32,000 nucleotides of DNA, from assembly GCF_000012805.1 (NCBI RefSeq), contig NC_007484.1, forward strand, positions 3,180,001 to 3,212,000, written 5' to 3'. The notes under the pieces were generated by a model. It searched no databases. It had not been told where the DNA came from and saw only the letters and a list, made by a program, of their open reading frames with translations. Shown here in pieces: positions 1 to 11,978 of this stretch. The position numbers were made by a program, and so were the translations under genes. Numbering within the stretch: position 1 is the stretch's first letter; every line of letters starts with the position of its first letter. Origin of the DNA: Nitrosococcus oceani ATCC 19707 (GTDB lineage: Bacteria; Pseudomonadota; Gammaproteobacteria; Nitrosococcales; Nitrosococcaceae).

Positions 1-1112
1 AAAGCCCCTCCACCCGTGGAAATATAAGAGACCTGATCGCCCACTCCATATTTTGCTACAGCTGCTAAAGTATCGCCGCCACCCGCGATGGAAAAGGCGG
101 GGCTTTCAGCAATTGCCAATGCCAGAGCCTTGGTGCCTTCCCCGAATTGATCGAACTCAAATACGCCCACCGGGCCATTCCAGACGATGGTCCCCGCACC
201 CTTCAATATTTCTGCAAAATGCTTCGAAGTCTCAGGCCCGATATCAAAAATCATGTCTTCATCCGTAACCTTGCCTATCCGCTTAAGGACGGCCTCTGCG
301 TTCTCGGAAAATTCCTGACCGCAAACCACATCCACCGGCAGTGGGATATCCCCTCCTCCTTCCTGCGCCGCGGTTCTAAGTTGCTTGGCAGTCCCAACTA
401 AATCCGCTTCATAAAGAGATTTACCCACATTGTAATCCGCGGCTGCAATAAAGGTATTAGCGATGCCGCCACCTACAATCAACTGATCCACCACCTGGGA
501 TAGGCTTTCCAGTACGGTTAATTTGGTGGAGACCTTGGAACCGCCCACAATAGCCACTAAAGGCCGGGCAGGATTTTCCAAAGCCTTACCTAAAGCCTCT
601 AGTTCCCCCGCCAGTAAAGGTCCCGCGCAGGCAACTGGGGCATACTTTGCCACCCCATGGGTTGAGGCTTGAGCCCGGTGGGCGCTGCCAAAGGCATCCA
701 TCACATAAATATCACAAAGGGCCGCCATCTTTTTGGCTAGAGCCTCATCGTTCTTTTTCTCTCCCCGGTTAAACCGGACATTTTCGCATAACACGAGCTG
801 ACCCTTCTCAACCGCCATCCCCTCCAGCCAATCCGGAGCCAAACGAACTTCCTGTCCTAATAGGTGAGATAAATATCCCGCTACTGGAGCCAGAGAAAAA
901 GCAGCATCGAATTCCCCTTCGGTAGGACGGCCAAGGTGGGACATCACCATGACCTTAGCCCCCGCCTGCATCGCCTGTTGAATCGAGGGCAACGATGCCC
1001 GGATACGGGTATCATCGGTAATCTCACCATTTTTCAAGGGTACATTAAGGTCTTCACGGATAAGAACGCGCTTCCCGGCAAGATCCAGCTCGGACATCTT
1101 TAAAATAGGCAT
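1..1112 (-). CDS. pgk: phosphoglycerate kinase; the 3' end runs off the left window edge, so it is missing from the ORF track
   Basis: Hand translation of the minus strand from the ATG at 1112-1110 gives [78 protein letters not shown]...[11 protein letters not shown]...[10 protein letters not shown]...ISTGGGAF. The frame stays open to position 1. These are canonical PGK motifs, and the gene follows gap. Confidence 0.92.
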   Translation of the reverse strand, partial: MPILKMSELDLAGKRVLIREDLNVPLKNGEITDDTRIRASLPSIQQAMQAGAKVMVMSHLGRPTEGEFDAAFSLAPVAGYLSHLLGQEVRLAPDWLEGMAVEKGQLVLCENVRFNRGEKKNDEALAKKMAALCDIYVMDAFGSAHRAQASTHGVAKYAPVACAGPLLAGELEALGKALENPARPLVAIVGGSKVSTKLTVLESLSQVVDQLIVGGGIANTFIAAADYNVGKSLYEADLVGTAKQLRTAAQEGGGDIPLPVDVVCGQEFSENAEAVLKRIGKVTDEDMIFDIGPETSKHFAEILKGAGTIVWNGPVGVFEFDQFGEGTKALALAIAESPAFSIAGGGDTLAAVAKYGVGDQVSYISTGGGA

Positions 1113-1204
1113 GGAACTTACTCCTTCAGTAGAGCTCTTTTCATCTAAAGACGAGCCGTCCGCCTAGGTAGACTAAAAGCAGGCGCCTCTCGCTTTACAA
1201 TGGG

Positions 1205-1243
1205 ATGAAAAAGGTTAGGGCCGCCCGTCCAACAAGCGGCCCC
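1205..1243 (-). terminator. candidate rho-independent terminator after gap
   Basis: There is a 7-bp GC stem, GGGCCGC (1218-1224) paired with GCGGCCC (1236-1242). On the minus strand it is followed by TAACC and TTTTT (the plus-strand A-run at 1208-1212). It lies 20 nt downstream of the gap stop. Confidence 0.5.
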
Positions 1244-1261
1244 ACATCCCGCTATCCTGCT

Positions 1262-2275
1262 TTACTTGGCATTCATTAGGGCCACAGTGGCATCCAACAT
1301 GCGATTGGAGAAGCCCCATTCATTGTCATACCACGCCAAAACTTTGACCAAATTGCCTTCCATTACCTTGGTCAAGCTAGCCTCATAAACAGAAGATGAA
1401 GGATCATGATTGAAGTCCATGGAGACAAGCGGTTTGTCATTGTAAGCAAGCACCCCCTGCAAGTCACCCTCAGAGGCTTCTCGCATCATCCCGTCAACGT
1501 TTTCTTTGGTGGTATTGCGGGAGGCCACGAAAGTAAGATCCACTAGGGAAACGTTGATGGTCGGTACTCGAATCGCAAAACCATCCAGCTTGCCATTAAG
1601 TTCCGGCAATACTAGCCCAACCGCTGCGGCTGCACCCGTTTTGGTGGGGATCATCGACTGAGTGGCGGACCGGGCCCGGCGAAGATCCGTATGATAAACG
1701 TCCGTCAGTACCTGATCGTTGGTATAGGAGTGGACTGTCGTCATCAAACCATGCTCAACCCCAATATTATCTTGGAGCACCTTTACCAGCGGTGCCAAGC
1801 AATTGGTGGTACAAGAGGCGTTGGAAATGACAGTATGGGAAGCTTTTAGAGAATCATGATTGACACCGTAGACAATAGTGGCGTCAACGTCCCCGCCCCC
1901 CGGGGCCGAAATAATTACTTTTTTAGCCCCCGCTTGAAGGTGGGCTGAGGCTTTTCCCTTGCTAGTGAATAACCCCGTACATTCGTGCACTACATCCACG
2001 CCTAGTTGATCCCAGGGTAATTTAGCCGGGTCCCTTTCGGCCAGCACACGAATTTTGTCACCATTGACGATCAAGTAGTCGCCATCGACGGAAACCTCTC
2101 CCGGAAATTTACCGTGTACAGTGTCATACTGGGTTAAATAGGCATTGGTATTAGCATCTCCTAGATCGTTAATGGCAACAATCTGGATCTCGCTGTTGCG
2201 GTTATGCTCATACAAAGCCCGCAAAACATTGCGGCCAATACGACCGTAACCATTAATTGCGACTTTAATCGCCAT
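1262..2275 (-). CDS. gap: glyceraldehyde-3-phosphate dehydrogenase, type I
   Basis: 337 aa with [10 protein letters not shown] at the N-terminus, the [12 protein letters not shown] active site, and [11 protein letters not shown] at the C-terminus. Confidence 0.97.
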   Translation of the reverse strand: MAIKVAINGYGRIGRNVLRALYEHNRNSEIQIVAINDLGDANTNAYLTQYDTVHGKFPGEVSVDGDYLIVNGDKIRVLAERDPAKLPWDQLGVDVVHECTGLFTSKGKASAHLQAGAKKVIISAPGGGDVDATIVYGVNHDSLKASHTVISNASCTTNCLAPLVKVLQDNIGVEHGLMTTVHSYTNDQVLTDVYHTDLRRARSATQSMIPTKTGAAAAVGLVLPELNGKLDGFAIRVPTINVSLVDLTFVASRNTTKENVDGMMREASEGDLQGVLAYNDKPLVSMDFNHDPSSSVYEASLTKVMEGNLVKVLAWYDNEWGFSNRMLDATVALMNAK

Positions 2276-2377
2276 GGCTCTATCTCCATTGTTTCAAAAA
2301 ATTACGCTAGCGCTGCAGGAAATGACCTAACTACTTTTCCAGACAGCAAAATGACTAAATAGAAAAAACTTACTCGT

Positions 2378-4375
2378 TTAAGAAACCATATCTTCGGCGA
2401 TCTTAGCCAAATTCTCCGCAGTCAGGCCAAAATGCCGGAATACATCCTCAGCTGGAGCTGATTCTCCAAAGGTATCAATGCCTAATACTTTACCCTCAAG
2501 CCCCACATACTTCCGCCAGTAATCGGTGATTCCCGCTTCCACCGCCACGCGAGCCCGCACTTCAGGGGGCAGAATCGCTTCCCGGTAGGCTTTACTCTGA
2601 GCATCGAAGACATCCGTGCAAGGCATAGAAACTACCCGCGCCTGGACACCCTTGCTTCCCAAAGTTTCAGCCGCTTCCATCGCCAGCGCCACTTCGGAAC
2701 CGGTAGCCACTATAATGACATCGGGCTTACCCTCCGTATCGCGCAGGATATAGCCACCGCGGCGGATATTTTCAATTTGCTCAGGAGTTCGCTCCTGGGG
2801 AGGCAACCCCTGGCGGGAAAATAGCAAGGACGTTGGCCCCTCTTGACGCTCAATAGCCGCTCTCCAAGCAACCAGGCTTTCTACCGCATCACAGGGGCGC
2901 CATACTGACATACGGGGAATATAGCGCAAGGTCGCCGCTTGCTCTACCGCTTGGTGAGTAGGCCCATCTTCACCTAATCCGATAGAATCATGGGTATAGA
3001 CAAAAATACTTTGCACCCCCATGAGCGCAGCCATCCGCACCGCGTTACGGGCATATTCGGAGAACATTAGAAAGGTCCCGCCATAGGGAATAAAGCCGCC
3101 ATGCAGGGCAATTCCATTCATAATGGCCGACATCCCAAACTCCCGCACACCATAGTGGATGTAATTACCTTCAGGGGCAGCTTTACCGAGCACTTTTGAA
3201 CCTGACCAATGGGTAAGGTTAGAGCCGGTCAAGTCCGCCGATCCTCCCAATAGCTCTGGCAAGACTGGCGCGTAAGCTTCGAGAGCATTTTGAGATGCCT
3301 TGCGAGTAGCAATTTTTTCGGCCTTGACAGCAGCCGCCTGAATAACTTCAGCGGCGGTCGTTTCCCAATTTTCAGGAAGTTTACGCTGGAGACGACGCTT
3401 AAATTCCGCTGCCAATTCTGGATAAGTAGCTTTATAGGCAGCAAACTTTTCATCCCAAGCTGCCTCCGCCGCCTTGCCTTTTTCAGCCCCATTCCAACCC
3501 TCATAAATTTCCTCTGGAATTGCAAAAGGGGGGTGAGGCCAACCTAATTTGTCACGGGTAGCCACAATCTCATCTTCTCCAAGCGGTGCCCCATGACAAT
3601 CATGGCTTCCCGCTAAATTAGGAGCACCATAGCCAATCAATGTCTTACAGCAAATGAGGGTAGGTTTATCGATGACTGAGCGCGCCTCTTCAGTGGCTTG
3701 GCGCACAGCCTCTGAGTCGTGTCCATCCACATCCCGTATAACGTGCCAATCATAAGCCTCGAAACGCTTCGGCGTATCGTCGGTAAACCATCCCGCCACA
3801 TCTCCATCAATGGAAATACCATTGTCGTCATAGAAAGCAACCAGCTTCCCTAATCCCCAAGTACCCGCCAAGGCGCAGGATTCATGGGAAATCCCTTCCA
3901 TCAAGCAGCCATCTCCGAGGAATACATAGGTATAATGATCAACGATTTCATGACCATCTCGGTTGAACTGGCCCGCCAATACTTTCTCAGCCAGGGCCAT
4001 GCCGACAGCATTACTAAGACCTTGACCCAATGGCCCGGTGGTTGTCTCAATACCAGGGGCATATCCATATTCTGGATGGCCTGGTGTCTTGGAATGAAGC
4101 TGGCGGAACTGCTTGAGATCCTCCATGCTCACGCCATAACCGCTCAAGTGGAGTAAGGAATAGAGCAGCATGGAGCCATGCCCATTGGAAAGCACGAATC
4201 GATCCCGGTCCACCCAGTGGGGATTGTTAGGATTATGCGTGAGAAAATCATTCCATAATACTTCAGCGATATCTGCCATCCCCATAGGTGCCCCAGGGTG
4301 GCCAGATTTCGCCTTTTGCACTGCGTCCATACTAAGCGCACGGATAGCATTAGCCAGTTCTCTGCGAGAAGGCAT
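2378..4375 (-). CDS. tkt: transketolase
   Basis: 665 aa with [14 protein letters not shown] and the TPP-binding [12 protein letters not shown] motif. An AGGAGG Shine-Dalgarno lies 6 nt upstream of the ATG. Confidence 0.97.
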   Translation of the reverse strand: MPSRRELANAIRALSMDAVQKAKSGHPGAPMGMADIAEVLWNDFLTHNPNNPHWVDRDRFVLSNGHGSMLLYSLLHLSGYGVSMEDLKQFRQLHSKTPGHPEYGYAPGIETTTGPLGQGLSNAVGMALAEKVLAGQFNRDGHEIVDHYTYVFLGDGCLMEGISHESCALAGTWGLGKLVAFYDDNGISIDGDVAGWFTDDTPKRFEAYDWHVIRDVDGHDSEAVRQATEEARSVIDKPTLICCKTLIGYGAPNLAGSHDCHGAPLGEDEIVATRDKLGWPHPPFAIPEEIYEGWNGAEKGKAAEAAWDEKFAAYKATYPELAAEFKRRLQRKLPENWETTAAEVIQAAAVKAEKIATRKASQNALEAYAPVLPELLGGSADLTGSNLTHWSGSKVLGKAAPEGNYIHYGVREFGMSAIMNGIALHGGFIPYGGTFLMFSEYARNAVRMAALMGVQSIFVYTHDSIGLGEDGPTHQAVEQAATLRYIPRMSVWRPCDAVESLVAWRAAIERQEGPTSLLFSRQGLPPQERTPEQIENIRRGGYILRDTEGKPDVIIVATGSEVALAMEAAETLGSKGVQARVVSMPCTDVFDAQSKAYREAILPPEVRARVAVEAGITDYWRKYVGLEGKVLGIDTFGESAPAEDVFRHFGLTAENLAKIAEDMVS

Positions 4376-4573
4376 TGCTTACCTCCTAATGGTTGAATTA
4401 ACTTTGTCTTAAATCTCGCTCTGACACGGAGGGTTACCCTACTGCGCTCCTTACGCCAGACAATGATTTCAAGAATTCTATAGGCCCAAGCCTTCTAAAA
4501 TGCCCTTGCCCTTAACATAACGTAACGGGGCGCGATACTCTAGCAGAGAAGCGCCAAGAACGCGAAAAAATTC

Positions 4574-5419
<846 letters not shown>

Positions 5420-5430
5420 TTAGGTGTAAA

Positions 5431-5479
5431 TAAAAATAACAATCCCGAGGGGGAAAGCATACTCTAAGCCGCCTCGGGG
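5431..5479 (-). terminator. candidate terminator after dnaJ
   Basis: On the minus strand, the stem CCCGAGG/CCTCGGG (plus 5444-5450 and 5472-5478) has a large loop of about 21 nt and is followed by ATTGTTATTTTTATTT. The large loop lowers confidence. Confidence 0.4.
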
Positions 5480-5513
5480 ATAAGATTTACCCTGTTTTAG
5501 GAAGATAAAGGTA

Positions 5514-6656
5514 TCAAAACTTCATGTCTTCAAAGAAGCGTTTTACCCCTTCCAACCAGGAATGATGTTTAGGACTATGTTTTTTATTTCGATTCATGGA
5601 AGCTTCGAATTTTTCCAGCAACTCCTTTTGCTCTTGGTTTAAATTCACCGGCGTTTCCACCATTACCCGGCACAGGAGATCGCCTGCCGAACCGCCGCGA
5701 ACAGGCGATACACCCTTACCTCTTAAACGAAAAACCTGCCCCGACTGAGTTCCTGCAGGAATTTTTAGCTTTGCCCGGCCCGTTAAGGTCGGTACGTCTA
5801 ACTCCCCGCCTAAAGCCGCAGCGACGAAACTAACCGGTACTTCGCAGTGTAAAGCATCTCCCTCTCGGGAAAAAATTGAATGGGCTTTAATTTGTACCTG
5901 AACATACAGATCACCCGGTGGACCACCGCTTTCCCCTGCTTCTCCTTCGCCGGTTAAACGGATTCGATCCCCTGTATCCACCCCAGGCGGAATCTTTACC
6001 GAGAGCGTTTTATGCTCCCGGACTCGCCCTTCGCCGCGGCATGTGGAGCAAGGAGAATCGACAATTTGACCACTACCATGGCAACGTGGGCAAGTCTGTT
6101 GCAGAGAAAAAAAGCCCTGTTGCATTCGGACCTGACCATGCCCACCGCAAGTAGGGCAAGTAATGGGTGAGGTTCCTGGCTTAGCGCCACTCCCCTCACA
6201 AGCCTTGCAGGCCACATAAGTGGGAATACGGATCTTGGCCGTGGTGCCCGCAACCGCTTCTTCCAGGGTTAAATCCAGATTATAGCGAAGATCGGCCCCC
6301 CGGTAGGCTTGCCGTCTACCGCCACGACCTGCGGCAGCTCCAAAGATATCGTTAAAAACGTCGCCGAAGATATCGCCAAAATTAGAGCCGCCCTCAAAAC
6401 CATGCCCCCCGGGGCCAGCGCTTGCACCCGCCCCTACGCCAGCGTGCCCGAACTGATCATAGGCCGTACGCTTTCTCGCGTCAGAGAGAACATCGTAAGC
6501 CTCTTGAATCTCTTTAAAATGTTCCTCGGCCGCCTTGTCATCAGGATTGCGATCCGGGTGATATCTCATCGCCAGACGCCGGTAGGCCTTCTTGATTTCA
6601 GCGTCAGAGGCGTTCCGCGCAACCCCTAAAGCCTCATAGTAATCTCGCTTTGCCAT
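5514..6656 (-). CDS. dnaJ: molecular chaperone DnaJ
   Basis: 380 aa with a J domain (HPDRNP), a G/F-rich linker and four CxxCxGxG zinc-finger repeats. Confidence 0.97.
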   Translation of the reverse strand: MAKRDYYEALGVARNASDAEIKKAYRRLAMRYHPDRNPDDKAAEEHFKEIQEAYDVLSDARKRTAYDQFGHAGVGAGASAGPGGHGFEGGSNFGDIFGDVFNDIFGAAAGRGGRRQAYRGADLRYNLDLTLEEAVAGTTAKIRIPTYVACKACEGSGAKPGTSPITCPTCGGHGQVRMQQGFFSLQQTCPRCHGSGQIVDSPCSTCRGEGRVREHKTLSVKIPPGVDTGDRIRLTGEGEAGESGGPPGDLYVQVQIKAHSIFSREGDALHCEVPVSFVAAALGGELDVPTLTGRAKLKIPAGTQSGQVFRLRGKGVSPVRGGSAGDLLCRVMVETPVNLNQEQKELLEKFEASMNRNKKHSPKHHSWLEGVKRFFEDMKF

Positions 6657-6715
6657 TCTCCGAATTCAGCTATTCGCCTTTGCACCATCAACCTATCTTG
6701 GCACACCACACGCCT

Positions 6716-6733
6716 GCACTTACACTTAAGTGC
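6716..6733 (-). other. intercistronic hairpin between dnaK and dnaJ
   Basis: GCACTTA-cact-TAAGTGC forms a perfect 7-bp stem with a 4-nt loop in the 171-nt dnaK-dnaJ spacer. No T-tract follows, so it is more likely an mRNA processing or stability element than a terminator. Confidence 0.4.
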
Positions 6734-6827
6734 ACGCCGTCATGCCCCCCTCTGGGATGGCCTAATATACCAAGGCCCAGGCCCCCCGTAGATTAGCCTG
6801 AGCCCTCCTCAGTGAGTATCGTCTTAA

Positions 6828-8750
6828 TTATGACGCCTTATTTTTGTCTTCTTTGACTTCCTCAAACTCAGCGTCTACAACATCCTCTTCCGCCGCCTTG
6901 CCTTCTTCCTTTTGAGGCTGGGGCTCTTCGGCTTGTTGCGTATAAAGGCGTTCGGCCATCTTAGCAGAAGCATCGGTCAAATCCTTGATTCGAGCCTCAA
7001 TAACCTCTTTGTTATCCTCCTTCATGGCGGTCTTGAGTTCTCCAATCGTTTTCTCAATCTCGCTTTTCTCGTTGGCCTCAAGCTTATCGCCTAATTCCTC
7101 CATGGATTTTTCCGTAGCATGAATTAAGTTATCGCCTTGGTTACGGAGATCAACTAATTCCCGGAATTTGCGATCTTCTTCCACATGAGCCTCGGCATCC
7201 GAGACCATGCGCTCGATTTCACCTTCTGCCAACCCGCTGGAGGCCTTAATAACAATGGATTGCTCCTTACCCGTAGCCTTGTCTTTGGCAGAAACATTCA
7301 GGATGCCATTGGCATCGATATCGAAGGTAACCTCAATTTGGGGCATACCGCGATGAGCAGGCGGAATGCCTACTAGGTCAAAACGACCGAGGGATTTATT
7401 ACCCACTGCTTGCTCCCGCTCACCCTGGAGCACATGCACGGTTACAGCCGTTTGATTATCCTCCGCGGTAGAAAACACTTGCGTTTTCCGGGTAGGAATG
7501 GTGGTATTCTTCTCAATTAGCTTGGTCATGACACCTCCCAAAGTCTCGATACCCAGAGACAGGGGCGTCACATCCAGCAACAACACTTCCTTGACCTCAC
7601 CCCCCAGGACTCCCGCCTGAATAGCTGCACCCACGGCAACCGCTTCATCGGGATTGACATCTTTACGAGGCTCCTTGCCAAAGAATTCTTTAGCTGCCTC
7701 CTGCACCTTGGGCATCCGGGTTTGGCCACCCACCAAGATGACTTCGTCAATATCCGAGGCGCTGAGCTTGGCATCCTGAAGCGCAGTTTTGCAAGGTCCG
7801 ATAGTGCGGTTAATCAGATCCTCCACCAACGATTCCAGCTTAGCCCGGGTGATTCGGACATTGAGATGCTTGGGACCGCTGGCATCCGCCGTGACGTAGG
7901 GTAAATTAACTTCCGTTTGTTGACTAGAAGAGAGTTCGATTTTAGCCTTTTCTGCTGCATCCTTAAGGCGCTGCATCGCTAACGGATCGCCCCGCAAGTC
8001 GATACTTTGCTCTTTCTTAAATTCCTCTGCAATATAGTCAATAATCCGTTTGTCGAAGTCCTCACCGCCAAGGAAGGTATCCCCATTGGTGGACAGCACC
8101 TCAAACTGATGCTCTCCTTCCACCTCTGCGATCTCAATAATAGAAACATCAAAAGTGCCGCCGCCTAAGTCATAGACTGCGATTTTTTGATCGCCCCGCT
8201 TTTTATCCAGGCCATAGGCCAAAGCCGCCGCCGTGGGTTCATTAATAATGCGTTTGACTTCAAGACCGGCAATCCGGCCCGCATCCTTAGTGGCTTGACG
8301 CTGGGAATCATTAAAATAAGCAGGAACCGTGATAACGGCTGCTTCTACTTCTTCGCCCAAATAGTCTTCCGCCGTTTTCTTCATTTTGCGGAGCACGTTG
8401 GCCGAGACTTCCGGTGGGGCCATTTTTTTACCCGTGGCTTCCACCCAAGCGTCTCCATTGTCGGCCTTAACAATTTTATAGGGCACCATTTTAATGTCCC
8501 GCTGCACCACTTCCTCATCAAAGCGACGGCCAATCAGGCGCTTAATCGCATAAAGCGTATTTTGAGGATTAGTGATTGCCTGCCGCTTAGCAGACTGGCC
8601 CACCAATGTTTCACCCTCTTTGGTAAAGGCCACCACCGAGGGGGTGGTCCGGTCGCCTTCCGCATTCTCAATCACCCGGGGCTTATTCCCTTCCATAAGG
8701 GCCACGCAGGAATTGGTGGTCCCTAGATCAATACCGATAATCTTTCCCAT
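6828..8750 (-). CDS. dnaK: molecular chaperone DnaK (Hsp70)
   Basis: 640 aa with the [18 protein letters not shown] and [11 protein letters not shown] signatures. Confidence 0.98.
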   Translation of the reverse strand: MGKIIGIDLGTTNSCVALMEGNKPRVIENAEGDRTTPSVVAFTKEGETLVGQSAKRQAITNPQNTLYAIKRLIGRRFDEEVVQRDIKMVPYKIVKADNGDAWVEATGKKMAPPEVSANVLRKMKKTAEDYLGEEVEAAVITVPAYFNDSQRQATKDAGRIAGLEVKRIINEPTAAALAYGLDKKRGDQKIAVYDLGGGTFDVSIIEIAEVEGEHQFEVLSTNGDTFLGGEDFDKRIIDYIAEEFKKEQSIDLRGDPLAMQRLKDAAEKAKIELSSSQQTEVNLPYVTADASGPKHLNVRITRAKLESLVEDLINRTIGPCKTALQDAKLSASDIDEVILVGGQTRMPKVQEAAKEFFGKEPRKDVNPDEAVAVGAAIQAGVLGGEVKEVLLLDVTPLSLGIETLGGVMTKLIEKNTTIPTRKTQVFSTAEDNQTAVTVHVLQGEREQAVGNKSLGRFDLVGIPPAHRGMPQIEVTFDIDANGILNVSAKDKATGKEQSIVIKASSGLAEGEIERMVSDAEAHVEEDRKFRELVDLRNQGDNLIHATEKSMEELGDKLEANEKSEIEKTIGELKTAMKEDNKEVIEARIKDLTDASAKMAERLYTQQAEEPQPQKEEGKAAEEDVVDAEFEEVKEDKNKAS

Positions 8751-8834
8751 GATTACGTTACTCCAAAAACTTGGTATTCATTTTCCACCGGCGGCTGCTC
8801 CCACCGGCACCTTATGCTGTACACTACGTCTAAC

Positions 8835-8861
8835 TATTGGGGCATACCCGCTAATTTCAAG
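8835..8861 (-). promoter_or_regulatory. sigma32 (RpoH)-type heat-shock promoter for dnaK
   Basis: The minus strand reads CTTGAAA-12 nt-CCCCAATA, against the E. coli-type consensus CTTGAAA-N13-15-CCCCATNT. The -35 element overlaps the grpE stop codon, and the -10 element lies about 85 nt upstream of the dnaK ATG. Confidence 0.6.
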
Positions 8862-9489
8862 CTTGAGTATCCACCCCTGCTGTGGTTTGTTCACCCGGTT
8901 TGGAAACTACGACCATGGCCGGACGTAACAGGCGGCCATTTAAAGCATAGCCTTTACGAACAACGGTAAGCACAGTGTCAGGGGCAGCCTCACTGCTCTC
9001 CTGGGTAGATATAGCCTGGTGAAAGTCAGGGTTAAAGGCTTCTCCTTGGGGATCAATCGTCTCAATGCCAAATCGGGCTGCAACTTCATTGAACATCTTA
9101 AGAATTAATTCAGTCCCTTCCCGCAAAGCAGTCACATTGGCATCTTCAGCCTGGGCTGCCGCTAATCCCATCTCTAGACTATCCTTAACCGGTAATAAAT
9201 CCTGGGCAAATTTCTCCAAGGCATACTTGCGGCCCTTTTCCAATTCCCGTTCATGGCGCCGACGCTGATTCTCCAGCTCAGCTCGCGCGCGCAGCAACTC
9301 ATTCCAATGTTCATCCGCCTTGCTGCGGGCATCCTCCAAAAGTTGCTGGACAGCCTCCAGCTCAGCAGTCTCGGGGGCTGCCTCCTGGATTTGCTCGCCG
9401 CCCTCGGCTCGCGTCTGGGATTCTACCGGATCTTCCGGCCGTTCAGACGCGACATTAGTCTCCGGAATAGTTCTCTCTTCGTTGGCCAT
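8857..9489 (-). CDS. grpE: nucleotide exchange factor GrpE
   Basis: This is a GrpE family protein (coiled-coil ...ELENQRRRHERELEKGRKYALEKFAQDLLPVKDSLE..., C-terminal beta domain ...GYALNGRLLRPAMVVV). The ORF-track start at 9504 is a TTG. The ATG at 9489 (MANEE...) has a GGAGA Shine-Dalgarno 8 nt upstream. Confidence 0.93.
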   Translation of the reverse strand: MANEERTIPETNVASERPEDPVESQTRAEGGEQIQEAAPETAELEAVQQLLEDARSKADEHWNELLRARAELENQRRRHERELEKGRKYALEKFAQDLLPVKDSLEMGLAAAQAEDANVTALREGTELILKMFNEVAARFGIETIDPQGEAFNPDFHQAISTQESSEAAPDTVLTVVRKGYALNGRLLRPAMVVVSKPGEQTTAGVDTQA

Positions 9490-9536
9490 ACCGATATTCT
9501 CCAAAATTGCTAGAGGCTTCTACCTAAAACCACAAC

Positions 9537-9565
9537 AGTTGGGGATTGTTTACTTTGAATTCAAG
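9537..9565 (-). promoter_or_regulatory. second sigma32-type promoter, for grpE, embedded in the 3' end of hrcA
   Basis: The minus strand reads CTTGAAT-14 nt-CCCCAACT. The -35 element lies inside the last hrcA codons, and the -10 element is about 50 nt upstream of the grpE ATG. Confidence 0.5.
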
Positions 9566-10599
9566 GCCGCACCCAACAACCGGGCTGTGGCATCTACTAG
9601 AGAAATTACCTGCTCATAATTCATCCGAGTGGGACCAATCACGCCAAGCACGCCCAATGCCCCTTCGGAAGAGCCATAACGGGCGGTAACTACACTGCAA
9701 TTGTCAAAGACTTGGTAGCCTGATTCTTCACCAATAAAAATTTGTATCCCCCCGGCATTCAGGCACTGATCAAGTAAGTGCAAAATATCCTGTTTCTCAT
9801 TGAAGGCATCAAACAATAGGCGCAAGCATTCTTTATCCGATAAATCTAAATAGTCCAATAAATTGGTCTGCCCTGCTACTACGCAATCTTCCGTTTCTTC
9901 TCCAGGAATAAATGCCTGTTTAGCAATTTCCAACGCCGTTTGCATGATTCGGTCCATATCTTCACGTACTTCACCCATCTCAGCCAGGAGACGGCTACGA
10001 ACAGCATGAAGATCCTTGCCTTTAAACATGGCGTTAAGATAGTTGGCCGCCTGCTGCAATTCCGCAGGGGAATAGGAGCGACCGGGATGAATAATGCGGT
10101 TTTGCACTTCTTGCTCATTCAACACTAGAATTGCCAACACGCGATTTTCTGATAGAGGCAAGAATTCCACCTGACGCAGGGCTCGGCACTCTCGCCGCGG
10201 CAACATGACTACCCCCGCAAAGCGGCTGATTTCAGACAGTAAATGGGAAGCCGTAGTCAGCAAGGCTCGAGGCTCCGCTTCAACATCAAACTGGATCTCT
10301 AGCTCGCGAATGGCGGTTACCCCTAATTGCTTAGGCCTCAGCAAAGCATCAATAAAGAAGCGATAACCTTGAACCGTCGGCACTCTACCCGCTGAAGTGT
10401 GGGGAGAAAAGACCAGTCCCAATTCTTCCAGATCGGCCATGACATTACGAATAGTCGCGGGACTAAGGTCCAACTGACTCTCTCGAGACAAAGTCCGGGA
10501 ACCCACGGGTTCCCCATCACGAATATAGCACTCCACCATGGCCTTGAGCAGGTGTTGAGAACGCTCGTTTAATACCAGTGAGTTGTTGAATTGCGCCAT
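9550..10599 (-). CDS. hrcA: heat-inducible transcription repressor HrcA
   Basis: 349 aa. The N-terminal winged helix (ERSQHLLKAMVECYIRDGEPVGSRTLS) and overall length match HrcA. The hrcA-grpE-dnaK-dnaJ order is the classical arrangement. Confidence 0.93.
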   Translation of the reverse strand: MAQFNNSLVLNERSQHLLKAMVECYIRDGEPVGSRTLSRESQLDLSPATIRNVMADLEELGLVFSPHTSAGRVPTVQGYRFFIDALLRPKQLGVTAIRELEIQFDVEAEPRALLTTASHLLSEISRFAGVVMLPRRECRALRQVEFLPLSENRVLAILVLNEQEVQNRIIHPGRSYSPAELQQAANYLNAMFKGKDLHAVRSRLLAEMGEVREDMDRIMQTALEIAKQAFIPGEETEDCVVAGQTNLLDYLDLSDKECLRLLFDAFNEKQDILHLLDQCLNAGGIQIFIGEESGYQVFDNCSVVTARYGSSEGALGVLGVIGPTRMNYEQVISLVDATARLLGAALNSK

Positions 10600-10803
10600 G
10601 AACTAGATAACACCTTGGAGTTAAATAATGAATGTTGCATGATTCCTGAGCGAGTCCGCGAATCGATGTGCCTTGCGCAGGAGCCCCGTGAAAGTTAGCC
10701 CCCGGCAGCTAACTCACCCAGCAGGGTTAGCTGCTGCTTCGAGGCATGAGAACTTCAGTCAAATTAGAAGCTCCATGATGCCAGCGCTCATGCTTATAGC
10801 AAG

Positions 10804-11535
10804 TTAATCTGGCGACGAATCAAGCTGGCGCCACAAACAAGCGCCGCCACTTGCCTTATCAATAGCCGTAAGACGAGCGTCATGAGCCATCCGTTCCTCT
10901 CTGCTTGCCCGCGCTATCGTAAGTGACGCTCGCTCGGCAGAAACAGGCCGATAATTCCCCCCTCCTACACGAAATGGAAGGCCATTGTCACCATACTCGT
11001 GCAGACTTAAACTGACCTGGCCACCCGTCATGGCTAAATATACTCCGGCCAGGATTTCCGCATCGAGGAGAGCACCATGCAGATCCCGACGAGAGTTGTC
11101 GATCCCATAGCGCTTGCAAAGAGCATCTAAGTTATTTTTTTGGCCGGGATGACGCTGCCGCGCTAGCTGCAATGTGTCCAACACTTGGCAATCAGTGCTT
11201 ATTTTCCCCCATTTAGAACCGAGCAAACACAACTCATGATCCAAAAAACCAACATCGAAAGGGGCATTATGAATCACCAACTCTGCCCCTTCAATAAACG
11301 CTAAAAATTCTTCGGCAATCTCTATAAAACGGGGTTTATCGGACAGAAATTCATTGCTCAGGCCATGGATTTTCAACGCTCCTTTATCTACCTCCCGTTC
11401 CGGGTTTAGATAACAATGAAAAGTTCGTCCCGTGCGGCGTCGGCAGCTCAGTTCAACACCGCCAATCTCAATGATTCGGTGCCCCTCTTTAGGTTCCAAT
11501 CCAGTGGTCTCGGTATCGAGTATAATCTGACGCAT
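10804..11535 (-). CDS. dnaQ: DNA polymerase III subunit epsilon (3'-5' proofreading exonuclease)
   Basis: It carries the DEDDh exonuclease motifs (ILDTETTGL, HNAPFDVGFL, HGALLDAEILA). The ATG at 11535 overlaps the rnhA TGA by 1 nt. The ORF-track start at 11538 is a GTG. Confidence 0.93.
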   Translation of the reverse strand: MRQIILDTETTGLEPKEGHRIIEIGGVELSCRRRTGRTFHCYLNPEREVDKGALKIHGLSNEFLSDKPRFIEIAEEFLAFIEGAELVIHNAPFDVGFLDHELCLLGSKWGKISTDCQVLDTLQLARQRHPGQKNNLDALCKRYGIDNSRRDLHGALLDAEILAGVYLAMTGGQVSLSLHEYGDNGLPFRVGGGNYRPVSAERASLTIARASREERMAHDARLTAIDKASGGACLWRQLDSSPD

Positions 11536-11978
11536 CACTTTTCCTCCCCGTTCGTTATTGCGCTCCGAGCCAAAGCATCAGCACGCTCGTTTCCTGGGTG
11601 TCCCTCATGTCCCCGGACCCAAAACCACTCTATCCGATGTTGGGCCGCGACCTGATCCAAACGCTGCCACAAATCTATATTCTTGACGGGTTGCCGGTTA
11701 GCTGTTTTCCAACCCCGCCGCTTCCAATTCGACAACCAGCAGGTGATCCCCTGGCGCAGATACTGGGAGTCCGTGGTCAGATGAACCCGGCATGGCCGCT
11801 TGAGCGTCTCTAGAGCCCGGATAGCAGCCATCAACTCCATTCGGTTATTAGTCGTCTTCGATTCGGCACCCGATAGAGTTTTTTCACGCCCTTGATAGCA
11901 CAACAAGGCGCCCCAACCCCCAGGACCGGGATTCCCGCGGCATGCCCCGTCGGTAAAAATCTCCACGATCTCAGTCAC
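11535..11978 (-). CDS. rnhA: ribonuclease HI
   Basis: It is collinear with E. coli RNase HI ([54 protein letters not shown]). The GTG start overlaps the upstream gene by 8 nt. Confidence 0.95.
   Translation of the reverse strand: MTEIVEIFTDGACRGNPGPGGWGALLCYQGREKTLSGAESKTTNNRMELMAAIRALETLKRPCRVHLTTDSQYLRQGITCWLSNWKRRGWKTANRQPVKNIDLWQRLDQVAAQHRIEWFWVRGHEGHPGNERADALARSAITNGEEK

Noticed and set aside
8187-8726. A 179-aa plus-strand ORF antisense to dnaK. Similar antisense ORFs occur at 6912-7094, 7185-7376, 7722-7904 and 8572-8928.
   Set aside because: These lie entirely within, and antisense to, an unmistakable dnaK CDS. Their sequences are low-complexity and Arg/Gly-rich with no recognisable motif, which is typical of shadow ORFs.
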